Shown here: positions 58,660 to 64,000 of the stretch, piece after piece | Position numbering within the stretch: position 1 is the first letter of the stretch | Layout of the letters: every line of letters begins with the position of its first letter | Source: Eledone cirrhosa | Taxonomy: Eukaryota | Assembly (NCBI GenBank): GCA_964016885.1 | Contig: OZ024762.1 | Coordinates: 14,632,001-14,696,000, forward strand | Length of the DNA stretch: 64,000 bases | Direction of reading: 5' to 3' | Notes under the pieces: model-generated | The model's database searches: none | Seen by the model: the letters and a program-made list of their open reading frames with translations, nothing else | Told to the model about the DNA's origin: nothing | Translations under genes and position numbers: made by a program

Positions 58660-59800
58660 TTATTATGTGTCATAACTAACTTGCCCTCCACCACTGGGTC
58701 CCGGCCGACAGGATGGCGAATGCATTGACCCTGAGGACAGTCACAACTCCGCCACGATAACAGTGGGTAGGGATATGGTCCGGGGCCCAAGAACGCTGGA
58801 AGTCTCCACTGCTACAAAACTCAACCACAAACCTATCCGGGAGCGGCCGAAACTTGGAAAGTTTTTCTTCTTCGGCTTGGTGGGCGGCAGAGCCCGGGCC
58901 GGTAGTCAAAAGAACCGGGTTGTCACTTAAGTCGGTGGCACAGCATGTGACATCCCAGATTTGGGGTCTGCCCCCCCCCCCCGCGGAACGGTAACATTGT
59001 CACGCCGTCTAGACTTTTGCCGCCCCCTCGGTCCAGCCCAACTAGTTCGAGCTGGGAAGGGAAGCCTGCACCATCCAGGCCATGTTTTATGATCTGGCGT
59101 GGGAGCCGGCCAGCACTGTAACAACATCGCAGTGGGTAGAGACCGAGAGGATGTCAGCTGGCCCTAGCAGACTCAGCTTGAACATGCTATAGTTGTCCAA
59201 GATGAGATCTTTCACCCTTCTCCAATACAACCATCACCAGCTTTTGGGGTGTTGAGCCGAATCATAGCCTGTTAGGACCTCTCAGCCTTTGAGGAGCTGG
59301 GTCACTACACCTTTGTGTTCATCCAAGGCAACCAGGGATTCCCTGTAAACCTGCTAAGTGTCAGTGTATTTAAGATTACCCAGATTGATGTTGCCACTGT
59401 TAGGTCGCCTATGAAAGCTCTGGTGGTTACGGGGACCTTCCAGGTTTGACAAACATGCGTGCCTAGGTCATGCTTTATGATCTCGTTGAGAGCAGCATGG
59501 CGTTAGAAGTGACCAGCACTGTAACAGCATGACAGTGGGGGGGGGGGGGGGCGAAAGGACGTCAGCTGGCCCTCGGAGACTCTCGGCTTGAACTTGCTGT
59601 AGTTGTCCAAGATGAGATCTTTAACCATTTTGTGGTCCATGAAATCTCTCCAATACAACCTTGACCAGCTTTTGAAGTATTGAGCCGTATCACAGTACTG
59701 TTAGGTCCTCTCAGCCTTTCCTTTTCCGTCTCTCTCTAAGGAGCTGGGTCATCACACCTTTGTGTTCAGTCAAGACAAACAGGGACTGCCTGCAACCCTG
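58660..59800 (-). mobile_element. Decayed CRE-like non-LTR retrotransposon (restriction-like endonuclease domain) with partial duplication
   Basis: Frameshifted translation IIKHGLDGAGFPSQLELVGLDRGGGKSLDGVTMLPF..IWDVTC..GSAAHQAEEEKLSKF resembles the GKRPDG/WD.TC/AE..K..KY RLE motifs; 59100-59340 is repeated at 59510-59800. Confidence 0.65.
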
Positions 59801-59839
59801 CAAAGGGTCGATGGAGCTGGTACTCAGAAGAGAGTCTTT

Positions 59840-60215
59840 TTGAACATTGAGCAAAGAAATTACCCAGAATTAACTGAATATTTTTCGCCATGTCTCCGTG
59901 TTCGGGTGATCTTTCCTCCCACCCAAATAACATTTAGAACACACCAAGAACGAAGAAAGAGCGACAGCGTCAGACAGACCTTCTTAGACTGAACAGGGCC
60001 CCACAACTCGGCTCTGGTGACCAGCTAGATTCCCAACATTCTTACAGCTTCTGTTTTTCTTACTTTACTCTGGCCGGGGTTTCTGGTCTTCCTCAGATTG
60101 AATACCATCACTTGTTCTTATCTACCGATCCCACCGACTTTATAGGCGATGACGTAGAAGCATTGAAACGTCGTAAAAAAAATAATAAAACTCACAAAGT
60201 ATTTATCTCGTTCAA
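59840..60215 (+). mobile_element. Possible Penelope-like element 3' relic
   Basis: Weak GIY-YIG C-terminal-like translation (..C..RVIFPPTQ..ERRK) followed by a degenerate GCGATGA...GAAACGTCGTA hammerhead-like motif. Confidence 0.3.
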
Positions 60216-60759
60216 AACGTCAATCTCCAGCGAGGTCAGCTTTCCTCTTTCATTCTTCTAGAGTGGATAAAGTTTCATTCTACCAGCGGACTGAGAGAAA
60301 TTGTTAGAGCGTCGGATAGGATGTCTTGCGGTATGTTGTTGTTGGTATTCTTTTTATTTATTTGGCCCTTAGTTACACGGATTATACAGCAAAGTGAAAT
60401 CAGGAAAGCATCGCCTTCAAATCGAGGACACAACACAGCATTATACCCAGGAATCGAACCCGCCTTGATGTCATGGTTGCAAGCCCAACATCTTAAATGC
60501 TAGACCACGCGGCTCCTCGTGACGTGGTGGTGTTGTTGGGAATATTTTGGAGAATAAAGAAGCCCTAACAAACGAAGTGATAATCCCTTATTCTTTGCGG
60601 ACTTAGTCCTGGGAGGGTTGTGGGGGCAATGTCTTCAAACACTTCTTCCAGCAGGTCCTGTCAGAAAGCAACCATGTCCAACTGATCCGGCTGGATCCCT
60701 AAGGGTGACCAGTCAAGTACATGGATGTTTGACCAGTCAAGTACATGGATGTTTAACAC

Positions 60760-61565
60760 TGCAATGGACTGGTGTCATATCCAGGTGGGGAGACATTGCT
60801 CCAATATACTCAGCTGAAAATGAGTACCAGTAGTAGCTGGAGGTTTAACCTTGAAATGGACCGGCGTCATGTCCAGGTGGAAGGACATTGCTCCAGTATA
60901 CTCAGGTAAAAATGAGTACCAGCTATAAATGGAGGCTTAAACCTGCAATGGACTGGCGTCATGTCCAGGTGGGGGGTGATATTGCTCCAATATACTCAGC
61001 TGAAAATGAGTACCAGCAATAGCTGGGAGTTTAACCCTGCAATGGACTGGCGTCATGTCCAGGTGGGGGTGATATTGCTCCAATATACTCAGCTGAAAAT
61101 GAGTACCAGCAATAGCTGGGAGTTTAACCCTGCAATGGACTGGCGTCATGTCCAGGTGGGGGTGATATTGCTCCAATATACTCAGCTGAAAATGAGTACC
61201 AGCAATAGCTGGGAGTTTAACCCTGCAATGGAAAATGAGTACCAGCAATAGCTGGGAGTTTAACCCTGCAATGGAAAATGAGTACCAGCAATAGCTGGGA
61301 GTTTAACCCTGCAATGGAAAATGAGTACCAGCAATAGCTGGGAGTTTAACCCTGCAATGGAAAATGAGTACCAGCAATAGCTGGGAGTTTAACCCTGCAA
61401 TGGAAAATGAGTACCAGCAATAGCTGGGAGTTTAACCCTGCAATGGAAAATGAGTACCAGCAATAGCTGGGAGTTTAACCCTGTCATGTCCAGGTGGAGG
61501 GATGCCTTGTAGTCTCAGTCACTTCACGCCATAGATAACTGGGATAAGCACTGGGTTGATGACCC
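60760..61565 (+). repeat. SINE-derived tandem array: 93-bp units (about 5) then 43-bp units (about 6)
   Basis: AAAATGAGTACCAGCAATAGCTGGGAGTTTAACCCTGCAATGG(ACTGGCGTCATGTCCAGG...) resembles SINE central/V-like domains. Confidence 0.82.
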
Positions 61566-61772
61566 CCCCAGACTCGAGACAGAACCTGTTGTGGAAGATT
61601 CTGCAGAAGTATAGGATCGATAAACAGCTTCTTGTTGCCCTGATGTCTGATGTCTCTATACCAATGCCCTTAGTATTTCTGTTCGGATAAAAGGTGTCAT
61701 AATAAGAACGTGGTAACTCCACCTGCTAGAAATAACAGCTAAATTTCTCCTCAAAATACATGTGGGTGCATA

Positions 61773-61804
<32 letters not shown>

Positions 61805-61949
61805 AATGATATATTGTAGTCCTAGATAGACCTCACTAAAATCTACAGGGTAGCCATGATTGGAAGGTCCTTAACCGTGGGTCAGCTGAAGCTGGATAAT
61901 ATATAACACATAGTCAACGTCCTATAGCACCACCGAAAATATAAACAGG

Positions 61950-62023
<74 letters not shown>

Positions 62024-62128
62024 TAATAATAATAAATGCGAAGACTAAAATCCTAAGAGGGTTCGATAAGGATAAATATATATCAAATATATAAGAACTC
62101 TAGACCAAATATTTATTAAACTTTAATG

Positions 62129-62167
<39 letters not shown>

Positions 62168-63283
62168 CATACATATCTATATACATATACGTATATATTT
62201 ATTTATATATATATATGTGTGTGTGCGCGCGCAATACACCCATGACTACACATTTATATATAAACATAAACAGATAACTACACACATATACATATATATA
62301 TGTGTGTGTATGTGTGTGTTTGTATGTATAGGTGTGTGTATGTGTGTGTTTGTATGTATAGGTGTGTGTATGTGTGTGTGTATATGTATGTGTGTGTGTG
62401 TGTATGTGGGTATATATAAACATATATAGCCATACTCAAGGTTGGTGGTGCCCCAGCATGGCCACAACCATATATACATAAGGATTAACTATTCTAATGT
62501 GTGTGTGCGTGTGTATGTATATGTGTGTGCCTGGGGTAGAAAAAGGTAAATATATACAGGGGCCCCTGCGGCTAACCCAGGCTCTGCTGCAGTTCGGGCC
62601 TAGGAGGGTAAACTCCCCAAATACCGGTCGCTCTCCGACGGGTGTGCAGTCGAGCCCGTGAGCAGTGGTGACTTCTAGTGTCCTTCGCCCTAGGGCCACC
62701 TCCTGGCAGCTGTTTGTATCCAAGTACCCACCCCGTCTCTCTCGCTCTTTCCATCCCTATCTCTGCCACTTCGTCACCACCACCCTATCCTACGAGGCTA
62801 CCCACCCACCCCCATAAACTACCCCCATTTCCCCATCCCAACCATGATTGAAACCATTCAACCCTACACCAATCTACATACCTGTGCTCTTACATTCATA
62901 ACATCCGTTCGCGAACACACACATACATGCACCATAACGCACCAGAGTACTCAATACTTAGGGTGTAGAGTGGCTAATAGGAAAATGCATGACCCCGACG
63001 GCAGAGCTCAAGCCGTTTCGGCGGCTATTTCTGAAATAGCCGTCGAAGACAGCATATATATGTGTAGGTATGTATATTCCCTCTGATAGTTTGTAAAATG
63101 TTTACATAGATCTATAGGATATGCATACCAACACTAACATATATATCCTAGAAACGATCGTAAAATGATGAATTTTTTAATATAAGGAACTGTTTCTTTG
63201 TTTTTATTCAATATTTTTATTAATTTATATATATATATATATACGATATTAACAAATGGAAACTATATTTATAAAACCATATT

Positions 63284-63348
63284 TATTTCATTATACATAT
63301 TTCAAGGACACCAAGTTAAATTATGGTGTGCTTTCATCAGACAAAATA
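63284..63348 (-). ncRNA. Hammerhead family H3 copy within a fold-back (63243-63590)
   Basis: Core intact, one A-U to G-U change in stem I; the opposite arm (63428-63590) begins within the stem II loop. Confidence 0.7.
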
Positions 63349-63821
63349 TAATATAGATCAGTTTTATAAATAAATATTGACATACCCTTAAAAAATGCAA
63401 CCATTACTGTTGGAAGCTCCTGGATAGTTTAACTTGGTGTCCTTGAAATATGTATAATGAAATAAATATGGTTTTATAAATATAGTTTCCATTTGTTAAT
63501 ATCATATTTTTACTCCAAATATTTGTTGAGTGCTTTATATCAGTTATAAAAATATTTGCTTGTTGTATCCCAACAATTTAAATAGAACTTTTACATATAT
63601 ATATATATATGTGTGTGTGTGTGTATGTATACGTACATACATATATGTATACAGACGTACAGTAGTATGTATATATATATATATACATACATGCACACAT
63701 ATATATATGTACGTATGTGTTTACCGGAACATTTATTATAATGTTCGGTTTGTTTGTATATTTAAGTATCAGCCGTACTAAGAGGGAGAAAAGAAATTTC
63801 ATTTCATTTCATTCTTTTCCA

Positions 63822-63884
<63 letters not shown>

Positions 63885-64000
63885 TCTCTGAATTTGTTTA
63901 GCAAGATTCTTTATCTGAAAACGTGTGTTGAAACCGGAAATTTATAAATTCTTAAATTTATAATAAATTGGAGTGAAAGCACTGGTGCGTGTGTTTCTTA

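Overview
Eukaryotic, extremely microsatellite-rich genomic DNA with a 200-N scaffold gap at 51482-51681. The SINE families resemble those I recall from octopod cephalopods (inference, not verified by search). No intact protein-coding gene is visible. The long ORFs are artefacts of (TA)n/(CA)n/(CAC)n tracts, and the only recognisable coding remnants are decayed retrotransposon pieces (RTE-type, CRE-like RLE, possibly Penelope GIY-YIG). The window holds three or four SINE families, Tc1/mariner-type MITEs, a complete non-autonomous Helitron and many minisatellites. Two things stand out. (1) There is a set of minimal type I hammerhead ribozymes in three sequence-distinct short repeat families. They share a co-varying long stem II with a mismatch at pair 4 and a (near-)palindromic stem III, and they sit in (TA)n tracts, often as fold-back pairs, consistent with Penelope-like-element/retrozyme biology. 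(2) There are two diverged paralogous promoter-like modules in divergent orientation (39176-39652 on minus, 46528-46856 on plus), with a well-formed 91-nt minus-strand exon (28661-28751) downstream of the left one.
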